Of a DNA stretch of 40,000 nucleotides, positions 9,189-17,184 are shown piece by piece. The DNA is taken from positions 602,744 through 642,743 of the forward strand of contig CAVZXE010000015.1 in assembly GCA_963779155.1 (NCBI GenBank), read 5' to 3'. This stretch comes from an uncultured bacterium (lineage in GTDB: Bacteria; Pseudomonadota; Gammaproteobacteria; Burkholderiales; Burkholderiaceae_C). Numbering within the stretch: the first letter of the stretch is position 1; each line of letters starts with the position of its first letter. Below the pieces are notes generated by a model. It saw only the letters and a program-made list of their open reading frames with translations, made no database searches and was not told the DNA's origin. Position numbers and translations under genes: made by a program.

Positions 9189-9449
9189 TCAGCCGGCGGA
9201 CCGGCTGGCGCGCTCGCCGCGCGCGATGTCGCGGCGCATGAAGAGGTACAGGCTCTCCACCTTCTCGCGTGCCCAGGGCGTGCGGCGCAGGAATTTCAGG
9301 CTCGATGCGATGCTCGGGTCCTGCCGGAAGCAGCGGATCGCCACCAGTTCGCCCAGCGCCGGCCAGCCATAGTGCGCGACCAGTTCGGTCAGCAGCCGCT
9401 CGAGCGTCACGCCGTGCAGCGGGTTCTTCGGTTGCGGCGCGCTCGCCAT
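9189..9449 (-). CDS. VF530/DUF2132 family protein
   Basis: 86 aa from the ATG at 9449: [69 protein letters not shown]. Only this tail of track ORF 9189..10175 is real. Confidence 0.7.
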   Translation of the reverse strand: MASAPQPKNPLHGVTLERLLTELVAHYGWPALGELVAIRCFRQDPSIASSLKFLRRTPWAREKVESLYLFMRRDIARGERASRSAG

Positions 9450-9451
9450 CG

Positions 9452-9883
9452 TCAGCCTATCGCGTGGCGGCGCACGCATTCGAGGTAGGCCTCGCCGTCT
9501 GGCGGGCGGCCGCTGCGCTGCGACGTCCACAGCATCTGGCCCAGGCACTCCATCACCGCATGCTGCGCCTCGTGCGCCGAGCCGCGGCGGGCGGCCAACA
9601 GCTCGAACGCCTGGCGGATGCCGCGCGGCTGGTCGATGCTGACCTGTTCGCTGATCGACAGGTGCATCGACAGGTGCAGGAAGGGGTTGCTGCGGCCGTC
9701 CTCCACCATGTATTCGGCCGTGAGCGCGGCGCCGGTGTCGGCCAGGTCGGCGGTGTACTCGGGGTGCTCGCCGATCCAGCGCGCGGCAAGATCTTCCAGC
9801 GGCGTGAGCGGCAGGCCGTGGCGCAGCTTGGCGGCAGCGCCGCAGAAGAATTGCCTCACGTCGTGCTGGGAGGGGGAGAACAT
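9452..9883 (-). CDS. DUF1841 family protein
   Basis: [13 protein letters not shown]...[29 protein letters not shown]...[16 protein letters not shown]. Its stop is 2 nt from the downstream start, so this is an operon pair. Confidence 0.7.
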   Translation of the reverse strand: MFSPSQHDVRQFFCGAAAKLRHGLPLTPLEDLAARWIGEHPEYTADLADTGAALTAEYMVEDGRSNPFLHLSMHLSISEQVSIDQPRGIRQAFELLAARRGSAHEAQHAVMECLGQMLWTSQRSGRPPDGEAYLECVRRHAIG

Positions 9884-9918
9884 TCGACAATTGTCGCTTC
9901 ACCCACCGAGAGCACCGC

Positions 9919-10494
9919 ATGAACATCACCACCGAACAGCTGTTCGACCACGCCCGCACGCACAACGCGTTCGACACCGCGCCGATCCCGGAGGCGACGC
10001 TGCGCCAACTGTGGGACCTGATGAAGTGGGGCCCGACCTCGGCCAACTGCAGCCCGGCGCGGATCGTCTTCGTCACCTCGCACGAGGCGAAGGAGAAGCT
10101 GCTCGCCTGCGTGAGCGCGGGCAACTTCGAGAAGACCAAGCAGGCACCGGTGACGGCGATCATCGCGATGGACATGGCCTTCTACGACAAGCTGCCGCAG
10201 CTCTTCCCGCACGCCGACGCGCGGCCGTGGTTCGCCGGCAAGCCCGACATGATCGCGGCAACGGCGTTTCGCAACTCCAGCCTGCAGGGCGGCTACTTCA
10301 TCATCGCGGCCCGCGCGCTCGGCCTGGACTGCGGGCCGATGAGCGGCTTCGACGCCGCCAGGCTCGACGCCGCGTTCTTCGCCGGTACCACGCTGAAGAG
10401 CAACTTCATCTGCAACCTCGGCCATGGCGACGCGGCCAAGCTGTTCCCGCGCAGCCCGAGGCTGACCTTCGACGAAGCCTGCACCATCGCTTGA
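9919..10494 (+). CDS. Nitroreductase-family protein, RutE/YdjA-like (malonic semialdehyde reductase-like)
   Basis: 191 aa, with ...[19 protein letters not shown]...[27 protein letters not shown]..., typical of RutE-like nitroreductases. Confidence 0.75.
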   Translation: MNITTEQLFDHARTHNAFDTAPIPEATLRQLWDLMKWGPTSANCSPARIVFVTSHEAKEKLLACVSAGNFEKTKQAPVTAIIAMDMAFYDKLPQLFPHADARPWFAGKPDMIAATAFRNSSLQGGYFIIAARALGLDCGPMSGFDAARLDAAFFAGTTLKSNFICNLGHGDAAKLFPRSPRLTFDEACTIA

Positions 10495-11246
10495 CCGCGA
10501 GCCTGATCACCGACCCCTGGTTCTACGCTGCAGCCATTCCGGCGGTGCTGCTGATGGGGCTCTCGAAGAGCGGTTTCGCGAGCGGCTTCGGCGCGCTGGC
10601 GACGCCGCTGATGGCGTTGTCGATCCCGGTGCCACAGGCGGCGGCGATCATGCTGCCGCTGCTGCTCGTGATGGACGGCGCCGGCCTGCAGCGGCTGTGG
10701 CGCGAGCGCGACCCGGCGCTGCTGCGCCTGCTGCTGCCGGCCGGGCTGCTGGGCACACTGGTCGGCACGGCGCTGTTCGGCGTGTTCAGCGTCGCCGCCG
10801 TGTCGGGCGTCGTGGGTGCGCTGACGCTCGTCTTCCTGGCGCAGCGGCTCGCCTTCCCGCCGCATGCCGCCAGCGCGCCGCCGCCGCGCGAGCTCGGCTT
10901 CGTGCTCGGCATCGCGTCGGGCTTCACGAGCTTCGTCGCCCATGCCGGCAGCCCGCCGATCAGCGCCTACGTGTTGTCGCTGCGGCTGCCGCCGATCCGC
11001 TTCGCGGCGACGATGGCGGTGTTCTTCGCCGCGGTGAACCTGTCGAAGTGGATCCCGTACGCCTGGCTCGGCCTGATCGACCTCCGCAACATGGGCACCG
11101 CGCTGGTGCTGATGCCGCTCGCGCCGCTGGGCGTGTGGCTGGGCGTGCGGCTGACGCGGCACATCCGGCCGACCTGGTTCTATCGCCTGGCCTACGCGGG
11201 GATGTTCCTCACCGGCGTCAAGCTGCTCTGGGACGGCCTGCGATAG
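10491..11246 (+). CDS. Sulfite exporter TauE/SafE family membrane protein
   Basis: A multi-TM protein: [21 protein letters not shown]...[22 protein letters not shown]. No ATG lies near the N-terminus. The TTG at 10491 overlaps the upstream TGA (TTGA). The first internal Met (LLMGLSK) is the alternative start. The rest of track ORF 9618..11246 is an artefact. Confidence 0.75.
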   Translation: MTASLITDPWFYAAAIPAVLLMGLSKSGFASGFGALATPLMALSIPVPQAAAIMLPLLLVMDGAGLQRLWRERDPALLRLLLPAGLLGTLVGTALFGVFSVAAVSGVVGALTLVFLAQRLAFPPHAASAPPPRELGFVLGIASGFTSFVAHAGSPPISAYVLSLRLPPIRFAATMAVFFAAVNLSKWIPYAWLGLIDLRNMGTALVLMPLAPLGVWLGVRLTRHIRPTWFYRLAYAGMFLTGVKLLWDGLR

Positions 11247-11253
11247 CGCCCGT

Positions 11254-13083
11254 TCAGGGCTCGCTCGGCGGCTTGTCGCTCCAGCCCTCGCGCTGGTTGC
11301 GCCGGGCGTTCTGGCGCTCCTGCGCAAAGAGTTCTTCCAGCTGCTGCCGGCCGGCCTTGGCCATGGCGACGAAGCGCGCCTCGTCCTTCGCGTGCGGCAG
11401 CATCTCCTCGAGCTGGCGGATCGTGTGGCGGCGGAAGCGCATCGCCAGCGTGCGTGCGTGGTGCGGTTGCCAGCCGAGCAACCCGAGCACGCTGCGCGCG
11501 CTCATCAGCGAGGCGTCGAGCGTTTCGCGCTCGATCATCGTCACGCCGAGTTCGCGCAGGCGGAAGTAGTGCTGCACGTTGCGTGCGCGGGCGACGATGG
11601 CGAGGTCGGGGAAGTGCTCGCGCACCAGCGCGGCGACCTTCAGGCTTTGCCCGACGTCGTCGATCGCCAGCACCAGCACCCTGGCGGTGGCCGCACCGGC
11701 GGTGCGCAGCAGGTCGAGCCGCGAGGCGTCGCCGTAGAACGCGCGCCAGCCGAACTTGCGCATCGCCTCGATCTGGTCGGCGTCGTGGTCGAGCACCGTC
11801 GGCGTGATGCCGTTGGCGTAGAGCATGCGGCTGACGATCTGCCCGTAGCGGCCCAGGCCGGCCACGATCACCGGTGCGTGCTGCGGCTCGCTGATCTCGG
11901 CGAGACCGTTGCGCCTGCCCCCGGCGAGACGCGGGATCCACCAGCGGTCGGCCGCCACCAGCAGCAGCGGCGTCAGCAGCATCGAGATCGCCACCGCGGC
12001 GACGAGCAGCGACGCCAGGGAAGGCTCGATCACGCCCGCACCGGCAGCCGACTGGAAGACGACGAAGCCGAACTCGCCGCCCTGCGCGAGCAGGATGATG
12101 AACACCGGACGCTCCGGCCGCGGCAGCGGCATCAGCCGCGCCATCGCCCACAGCACGGCCGCCTTGGCAAGCAGGAAGCCGGCGACCAGCAGCGCGATCA
12201 GCCCCGGCCGCTGCAGCACGACGGCGAAATCGATCGTCATGCCGACGGCGATGAAGAACAGGCCGAGCAAGAGGCCCTTGAACGGCTCGATGTCGGTCTC
12301 CAGTTCGCGCCGGTACTCGCTCTCCGCGAGCAGCACGCCGGCAAGGAAGGCGCCGAGCGCCATCGACAGGCCCACCGCGTGCATCAGCGCCGCGGTGGCC
12401 ACCACCAGCAGCAGCGACGCGGCGGTGAAGATCTCGGGCGTGCGGCTGCCGGCGATCCAGCGCAGCGCCGGGCGCAGCAGCAGCCGCCCGCCGAGCACGA
12501 TGGCGGCGATGACGCCGATCGCCTTCGCCGCGCCCAGCCAGCCGCCGCCGCTGTCGTGCACGTCGGCCGCGGCCATCAGCGGCACGAGGGCGAGGATCGG
12601 GATCGCGGCCACGTCCTGCAGTAGCGCGACGCTGAGCACGCTCTGGCCCGAGGTAGTGGCCATCAGGTTGCGTTCGGCCAGCACGCCAAGGCCGATCGCG
12701 GTGGACGACATCGCCAGGCCGAGCGCCGCCACCAGCGCCAGCGGCCACGCCACGCCGGCCAGCACGCCGGCGCCGAACATCAGCGCCGCCGAGCCGAGGA
12801 GCTGCACGCTGCCCCAGCCGAAGATGGGCTTGCGCAGCGACCACAGCCGCTGCGGCTCCAGCTCCAGGCCGACGAGGAACAGCATCAGCACGACGCCGAA
12901 CTCGGCGAAATCGAGGATCTGCTTCGGGTCGGTGACGAGCTTCAGGCCCCAGGGCCCGATCGCGATGCCGGCCACCAGGTAGCCGATGATCGAGCCCAGT
13001 CCGGCAAGCCGCGCCAGCGGCACCGCGACGACGGCGGCGGCGAGGTAGATCAGGCTGCTCGTCAGCCAGTTGGCGTGGTCCAA
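11254..13083 (-). CDS. kefC: Glutathione-regulated K+ efflux antiporter (CPA2 family, KefC-type) with a C-terminal RCK/KTN domain
   Basis: LIYLAAAVVAVPLARLAGLGSIIGYLVAGIAIGPWGLKLVTDP...LELEPQRLW aligns from residue 1 with my recollection of E. coli KefC (MDSHTLIQALIYL...). The KTN Rossmann motif is VIVAGLGRYGQ. The TTG at 13083 with GAGGA 6 nt upstream matches the KefC N-terminus. The ATG at 13164 (track start) would add 27 non-homologous residues. Confidence 0.9.
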   Translation of the reverse strand: MDHANWLTSSLIYLAAAVVAVPLARLAGLGSIIGYLVAGIAIGPWGLKLVTDPKQILDFAEFGVVLMLFLVGLELEPQRLWSLRKPIFGWGSVQLLGSAALMFGAGVLAGVAWPLALVAALGLAMSSTAIGLGVLAERNLMATTSGQSVLSVALLQDVAAIPILALVPLMAAADVHDSGGGWLGAAKAIGVIAAIVLGGRLLLRPALRWIAGSRTPEIFTAASLLLVVATAALMHAVGLSMALGAFLAGVLLAESEYRRELETDIEPFKGLLLGLFFIAVGMTIDFAVVLQRPGLIALLVAGFLLAKAAVLWAMARLMPLPRPERPVFIILLAQGGEFGFVVFQSAAGAGVIEPSLASLLVAAVAISMLLTPLLLVAADRWWIPRLAGGRRNGLAEISEPQHAPVIVAGLGRYGQIVSRMLYANGITPTVLDHDADQIEAMRKFGWRAFYGDASRLDLLRTAGAATARVLVLAIDDVGQSLKVAALVREHFPDLAIVARARNVQHYFRLRELGVTMIERETLDASLMSARSVLGLLGWQPHHARTLAMRFRRHTIRQLEEMLPHAKDEARFVAMAKAGRQQLEELFAQERQNARRNQREGWSDKPPSEP

Positions 13084-13234
13084 GGTCAGTCCTCGCTGCG
13101 CAACAGGTCGATCGCCCGAAGCGGGCTGCCGCGCATGATCTCGGGCGCGACCGGGATTCGACATGGCTGGACCAAGGGCGTCTTCATCTCACGCTCCGAC
13201 CTGCATGTCACGACACATGGGGCAGCAGGTGCGA

Positions 13235-13482
13235 GTGGTGTCCGAAAGGCATCTCCCGGCCCATTGCTGCCGTTGCCCGGTGTCCGCTCTCTCGCGGCTT
13301 CAGCGCGGCGCGGCAGGCGGTGCCCGGTGGAAGCTCATGCTGCGGCGGTCTTCGCGCAGCGAAGACTCCACTGCGATGCTCGCCCTGGGGTCGCGTCGCA
13401 GAACTCACTGCGTTCGCTGCGCTCACTCCGCTCAAACAGTTGCGACGAGTCAGTCTACGAAGCGCGCTTCGCACGCCGACCC
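13235..13482 (+). repeat. Copy 2 of the ~250-bp interspersed repeat, interrupted at its 3' side by the intron
   Basis: Shared blocks with copy 3 (reverse complement): CCCATTGCTGCCGTTG (13260-), GGTCTTCGC, CTGCGATGCTCG, CGTCGCAGAACTCAC (13394-13408), TGCGTTCGCTGCG, TCAAACA, GCGACGAGTCAGT (13442-13454) and CGCGCTTCGC. It contains the hairpins GTCTTCGC-GCA-GCGAAGAC and CGAAGCG/CGCTTCG (13458-13471). Confidence 0.6.
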
Positions 13483-13858
13483 GTGCGCCCAGCACGTACA
13501 CGATCTTGGAGGTGCAAGTCCTCTCGCGAGCTGACCACAGCAAGCGAAGCGAAACGCAACTGCGCGAGGGTGACCGAGCGTGGGGAGGAAGCGTGGAACG
13601 AAACCGTGAGCCGAGGAACACGAACCGGATATGAGGCGCTGCCGAGCAGGGCGAGCGGGCGGGTAATCGCGAAGCTCTTGTGGTCAAGGCGAAGTGGCGT
13701 AGATGCGGCGGTTGTGCGGGGAAGGAACGTGTACTTACCTGGGGAGATCTCGCCTTGCGCCTGAAAGGGTGACGGTCATGAGACTGGAGCGAGAAGTCAG
13801 CAGAGGCCGTAGTAGCCGGGCAACCGGTGAAGGGCCGAACGAGAAGGAGAGCCAAGCC

Positions 13859-15241
13859 ATGGTGCTTGGGAGTGCAAGGCATCAGATGCCGGGGGAGCTG
13901 ACAAGCGAGCCCGGGCGGCGCGAGACGGCAAGCGGTGAAGCCGCAGGTCGCCCGCGCAGCGATGAAGCACGACCGGCGCGCCGTGGGAACGACAGCTCGG
14001 GGGCCGGGGACCTGCTTGGGCAGGCGCTGGCCAGACACAACATGGTGGCGGCGTGGAAACGCGTCAAAGCCAACAAGGGGAGCGCGGGCGTCGACGGACG
14101 CGACGTGCAAGCCACGGGGGAGTACCTCAAGCAAGCGTGGGAAAGCATCCGAAGGCAACTGCTGGACGGCAGCTACCGGCCCGAGCCGGTGCGCCGCGTG
14201 GCATTGCCCAAACCGGATGGAGGCACACGCGAGCTGGGCATCCCCACGGTGGTGGACAGGCTGATCCAGCAAGCCCTGCTGCAAGTGCTGCAACCGATCC
14301 TGGACCCGACCTTCAGCGAGCACAGCCACGGCTTCCGGCCGGGGCGCAGCGCGCACGGGGCGGTGAGGCAGGCGCAGCAGTACGTGCGCTCGGGCTACAC
14401 GACGGTGGTGGACGTGGACCTGGCGAAGTTCTTCGACCGAGTCAACCACGACATCTTGATGGACAGGTTGGCCCGGCGGATCGCTGACAAAGCGGTACTG
14501 CGGCTGATCCGGCGCTACCTGCAGGCTGGGGCGATGGCAGACGGACTGGTGAGTCAGCGCACAGAAGGCACGCCGCAAGGCGGGCCGCTGTCGCCGCTGC
14601 TGGCCAACGTGCTGCTGGACGAAGTGGATCGGGAACTGGAGCGCAGGGGCCACCGGTTCGTGCGCTACGCCGACGACTGCAACGTCTACGTCAAGAGCCA
14701 GCAGGCGGGCGAGCGGGTGCTGCGGGCGCTGAGGAAGTGCTATGCCAGGCTCAGACTGGAAGTCAACGAAGCCAAGACAGCGGTGGCCGAAGTCTGGAAC
14801 CGCAAGTTCCTGGGCTACCGACTGTGGCGCACCCGGGAGGGTGACGCGGCGCTGGGCGTGAGCAAACAGGCGATGGTGAGCGTGCGAGATCGCATTCGAG
14901 GACTGACCGGGCGATTGCGCGGGCGCAGTCTCGAACAGATCGCGCAACAGTTGCGCGAGCAACTCCAAGGCTGGGCGGCGTACTACAGCCTGGCCCGAGA
15001 TCACCTGGACCTGCGCCAACTGGAGGGTTGGATGCGCAGGCGGCTGCGTGCGCTGCAGCTCAAGCAATGGCGCCAAGCTCCCACGGTTTACCGGGAGATG
15101 CGCGCGCTGGGTGCGGCCCACGATCAGGCCGTCAAGATGGCCGGCTCTGTGGGACGCTGGTGGCGTGCGAGCCGAGGCGCGATCCAGCAAGTGCTGACGG
15201 TGGCGTACTTCGACCGACTTGGAGTTCCCCGACTGTGTTGA
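13859..15241 (+). CDS. Group II intron reverse transcriptase/maturase (no endonuclease domain)
   Basis: AWKRVKANKGSAGVDG (RT0/1), LPKPDGGTRELGIPTVVDRLIQQA, FRPGRSAHGA, VDVDLAKFFDRVNHD, TPQGGPLSPLLANVLL, the catalytic FVRYADDCNVYV (YADD), and maturase X (LQGWAAYYSLA). The protein ends ...AYFDRLGVPRLC with no HNH/En module. The ATG at 13859 is preceded by GAAGGAGA at 13843-13850. The track start at 13703 lies inside the ribozyme. Confidence 0.92.
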   Translation: MVLGSARHQMPGELTSEPGRRETASGEAAGRPRSDEARPARRGNDSSGAGDLLGQALARHNMVAAWKRVKANKGSAGVDGRDVQATGEYLKQAWESIRRQLLDGSYRPEPVRRVALPKPDGGTRELGIPTVVDRLIQQALLQVLQPILDPTFSEHSHGFRPGRSAHGAVRQAQQYVRSGYTTVVDVDLAKFFDRVNHDILMDRLARRIADKAVLRLIRRYLQAGAMADGLVSQRTEGTPQGGPLSPLLANVLLDEVDRELERRGHRFVRYADDCNVYVKSQQAGERVLRALRKCYARLRLEVNEAKTAVAEVWNRKFLGYRLWRTREGDAALGVSKQAMVSVRDRIRGLTGRLRGRSLEQIAQQLREQLQGWAAYYSLARDHLDLRQLEGWMRRRLRALQLKQWRQAPTVYREMRALGAAHDQAVKMAGSVGRWWRASRGAIQQVLTVAYFDRLGVPRLC

Positions 15242-15252
15242 CCTCAACTTCT

Positions 15253-15324
15253 CGAACCGCCCGGTGCGGACCCGCATGCCGGGTGGTGTGGGAGGGGTCC
15301 GGCCTGGCCGGCCCCTATCCCGAT
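15253..15324 (+). ncRNA. Intron domains V and VI (catalytic hairpin and branch-point helix)
   Basis: Domain V is GAACCGCCCGGTGCGGACCCGCATGCCGGGTGGT (15253-15286). It has CGC (15257-15259) where IIA/IIB introns have AGC, as in IIC introns. Domain VI is GGGAGGGG...CCCCT-A-TCCC (15289-15321) with an unpaired A at 15317. Confidence 0.75.
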
Positions 15325-15377
15325 CAGGCCTGGCCTTGCAGGCCGCGCCGGGCCAGGAGGCCCGGCCGTTCGCAAGG

Positions 15378-15404
15378 CACAAGCGGTCCGCTGGACCGCT
15401 TGTG
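15378..15404. other. Perfect 12-bp GC-rich hairpin in the 3' exon flank
   Basis: CACAAGCGGTCC-gct-GGACCGCTTGTG. Two further hairpins lie just upstream: GGCCTG...CAGGCC at 15328-15345, and CCGGGCC-agga-GGCCCGG at 15348-15365. Confidence 0.5.
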
Positions 15405-15539
15405 TCCGGGCTCACCTTCTCGTCGCCACAGAAATCGCCCCCGCCGGGCACCGCCCGCCGCGCTGCAACGCTTGTGGTTCTTGTTGCGAACAGCGCCCGC
15501 GTCCCAGCAAAGGCGCGTTCGGGCAGGACGCGCAGCGCC

Positions 15540-15810
15540 TCTGGGGTGCCGAGAAGCGCCGGACTCGTGGCCTCGCGCGAAGCGCGAATCGTCAACTGAC
15601 TCGTCGCGGATGTTTGAACGCAGCGAACGCAGTGAGCGAAGTGAGTTCTGCGACGGGGCCACGAGACCGAGCATCGCAGGGAAGTCTGAGCGAAGCGAAG
15701 ACCGCCCCAGTGAAGCGAAGCGGCCTGCCCGGACGTGCCTTTGCCGCGCCAGTCCTCGCCCGCAAAGCGGACGTTCAACGGCAGCAATGGGCCGAAAGCA
15801 GTCCACCCCG
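15540..15810 (-). repeat. Copy 3 of the ~250-bp interspersed repeat, inverted relative to copy 2
   Basis: The reverse complement reads ...GGCCCATTGCTGCCGTTG...GGCGCGGCAAAGGC...GCTTCACTGGGGCGGTCTTCGCTTCGCTCAGAC...CTGCGATGCTCGG...CGTCGCAGAACTCAC...TGCGTTCGCTGCGTTCAAACA...GCGACGAGTCAGT...CGCGCTTCGCGCG. This is collinear with copy 2. It starts about 25 nt after the kefF stop. Confidence 0.6.
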
Positions 15811-15836
15811 CCCCCTGAGTGTGCAGCGGTTTCACC

Positions 15837-16445
15837 TCAGTCTTCCTCGGGCCGCGCTTCGGCGGGAACGTTGCAGGCTTCCTGCGCCTTCATGTCGACC
15901 AGTTCGGGCCAGTGCGGGTGGCTCAGCAGGCGCGACGTGTAGAGCTGGGTGTGGCGGGCAAGATCCTCGTCGCTGACGCGGTGCGCACCGTGCAGCAGCA
16001 GGGGCGGAACGAAACGCATGCCACACAGCATGGCCGTCTGTTCGTAGGGCGGCAGGAAGGCATCGAAGAAGTAGCGGTTGTAGCCGGCCGGGTGGTAGGA
16101 GTCCTCGGGTCCGCCGGTCGTTGCGGCAAGCCACAGGTCCTTGCCCCTGAGCGCGGTGCCGCCCGGCCCATAGGCCCAGCCGAAGGCGAGCACGTCGTCG
16201 ACCCACAGCTTCATCAGCGAGGGCATGCTGTACCAGTGGATCGGGTGCTGCCAGACGACCAGCCGCGCGCGCGCCAGCGCCGCCTGCTCGGCCTCGATGT
16301 CGATCAGGTAGTCGGGGTACAGCGCATACAGGTCGCGGACTTCGACGTGGCGCTCGCCGAGCGCCGTGGCGGCTCGCGCCAGCGCCCGGTTGACGCGCGA
16401 CGACTCGAGGTGCGGATGCGCGGCGAGGACGAGGACGTCGGCCAT
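15837..16445 (-). CDS. kefF: KefF-type ancillary protein of the K+ efflux system (flavodoxin-like NAD(P)H quinone oxidoreductase)
   Basis: 202 aa from the ATG at 16445: MADVLVLAAHPH...DLYALYPDYLIDIEAEQAAL...LVVWQHPIHWYSMPSLMKLWVDDVLAFGWAYGPGGTALRGK. This is close to my recollection of E. coli KefF (LIVWQHPMQWYSIPPLLKLWIDKVFSHGWAYGHGGTAL). Only the tail of track ORF 15837..17276 is real. Confidence 0.85.
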   Translation of the reverse strand: MADVLVLAAHPHLESSRVNRALARAATALGERHVEVRDLYALYPDYLIDIEAEQAALARARLVVWQHPIHWYSMPSLMKLWVDDVLAFGWAYGPGGTALRGKDLWLAATTGGPEDSYHPAGYNRYFFDAFLPPYEQTAMLCGMRFVPPLLLHGAHRVSDEDLARHTQLYTSRLLSHPHWPELVDMKAQEACNVPAEARPEED

Positions 16446-16523
16446 CGGTGGGCGATGCAGGTTAGTCGCTATGGCCCGCCGCGCGGGCGCCGCTACCATA
16501 CCTGCAAAACGAAGGAGGCGTTC

Positions 16524-17174
16524 ATGCCGGTGATCGTGGTCGCCAACCCCAAGGGCGGGGTCGGCAAGAGCACGCTGTCGACCAACTTGGCGGGCTACCT
16601 GGCGCGCCAGGGCCACGCGGTGATGCTGGGCGACGTCGACCGCCAGCAGTCCACCCGCGGCTGGCTCGGCATGCGGCCGCCGAGCCTGCCCGCGATCAGC
16701 ACCTGGCAGGTGCAGCACGGCGACGTGGTCCGGCCGCCGAAGGGCACCACGCACGCGGTGCTCGACACGCCGGCCGGCCTGCACGGCAAGCGGCTCGACG
16801 AGGTGATGAAGCTCGCCGACCGGGTGCTGGTGCCGCTGCAGCCGAGCATTTTCGACATCCGCGCGACGCACGACTTCCTGCGCCAGTTGCAGGCGCACCG
16901 GCGCAGCGACAGGGTGCAGATCGGACTCGTCGGCATGCGGGTGCGCGACAACACGATCGCCGCCGAGCAATTGCGAGGCTTCCTGGGCAAGCTCGGCCTG
17001 CCGGTGCTCGGCTACCTGCGCGACACGCAGAACTACGTGCATCTGGCCGCGCGCGGTCTGACGCTGTGGGACGTGGCGGTCGGGCGCGTCGAGCGCGATC
17101 TCGAGCAGTGGCAGGCGATCGTTCGATGGGCCGAGGCCGGACCGGGCGAACCTCTGCGGACTCCCGAGAACTGA
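16524..17174 (+). CDS. ParA/MinD-family P-loop ATPase (orphan, no parB nearby)
   Basis: The deviant Walker A is ANPKGGVGKSTLSTNLA. The ATG at 16524 is preceded by GAAGGAGG at 16511-16518. Confidence 0.8.
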   Translation: MPVIVVANPKGGVGKSTLSTNLAGYLARQGHAVMLGDVDRQQSTRGWLGMRPPSLPAISTWQVQHGDVVRPPKGTTHAVLDTPAGLHGKRLDEVMKLADRVLVPLQPSIFDIRATHDFLRQLQAHRRSDRVQIGLVGMRVRDNTIAAEQLRGFLGKLGLPVLGYLRDTQNYVHLAARGLTLWDVAVGRVERDLEQWQAIVRWAEAGPGEPLRTPEN

Positions 17175-17184
17175 AGGATCCTTG

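Larger units (their letters stand above)
13483..15324 (+). mobile_element. Group II intron, class C (IIC), full length with an intron-encoded RT/maturase
   Basis: The 5' end is GTGCGCCCAGCA at 13483. Blocks I recognise from the Oceanobacillus iheyensis IIC ribozyme are GAGGAACACGAACCGGATATGAGGC (13613-13637), TTACCTGGGGAGATCT (13735-13750) and GAAGTCAGCAGAGGCCGTAGTAGCC (13793-13817). The ORF sits in domain IV. A 34-nt domain V follows the ORF stop, then a domain VI helix with a bulged A at 15317, 7 nt before a 3'-terminal AT at 15323-15324. Confidence 0.85.

Noticed and set aside
13229-13233. An alternative intron 5' end at an upstream GTGCG
   Set aside because: That boundary would place repeat copy 2 inside the intron. 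The sequence after 13483 (GTGCGCCCAGCA...) matches the IIC 5' consensus and gives the short DI-DIII length expected for class C.
13703-15241. The RT as a retron, DGR or defence-associated reverse transcriptase
   Set aside because: A maturase X domain is present. The ORF is embedded in recognisable ribozyme domains, with domains V and VI immediately downstream. There is no adjacent effector gene and no msr/msd-like or template-repeat structure.
13208-15835. An 875-aa ORF on the minus strand spanning the whole kefF-kefC spacer
   Set aside because: It is antisense to the intron RT and ribozyme. Its composition is Arg/Ala/Pro-rich with no motifs. It is a typical GC-driven open frame opposite a real gene.
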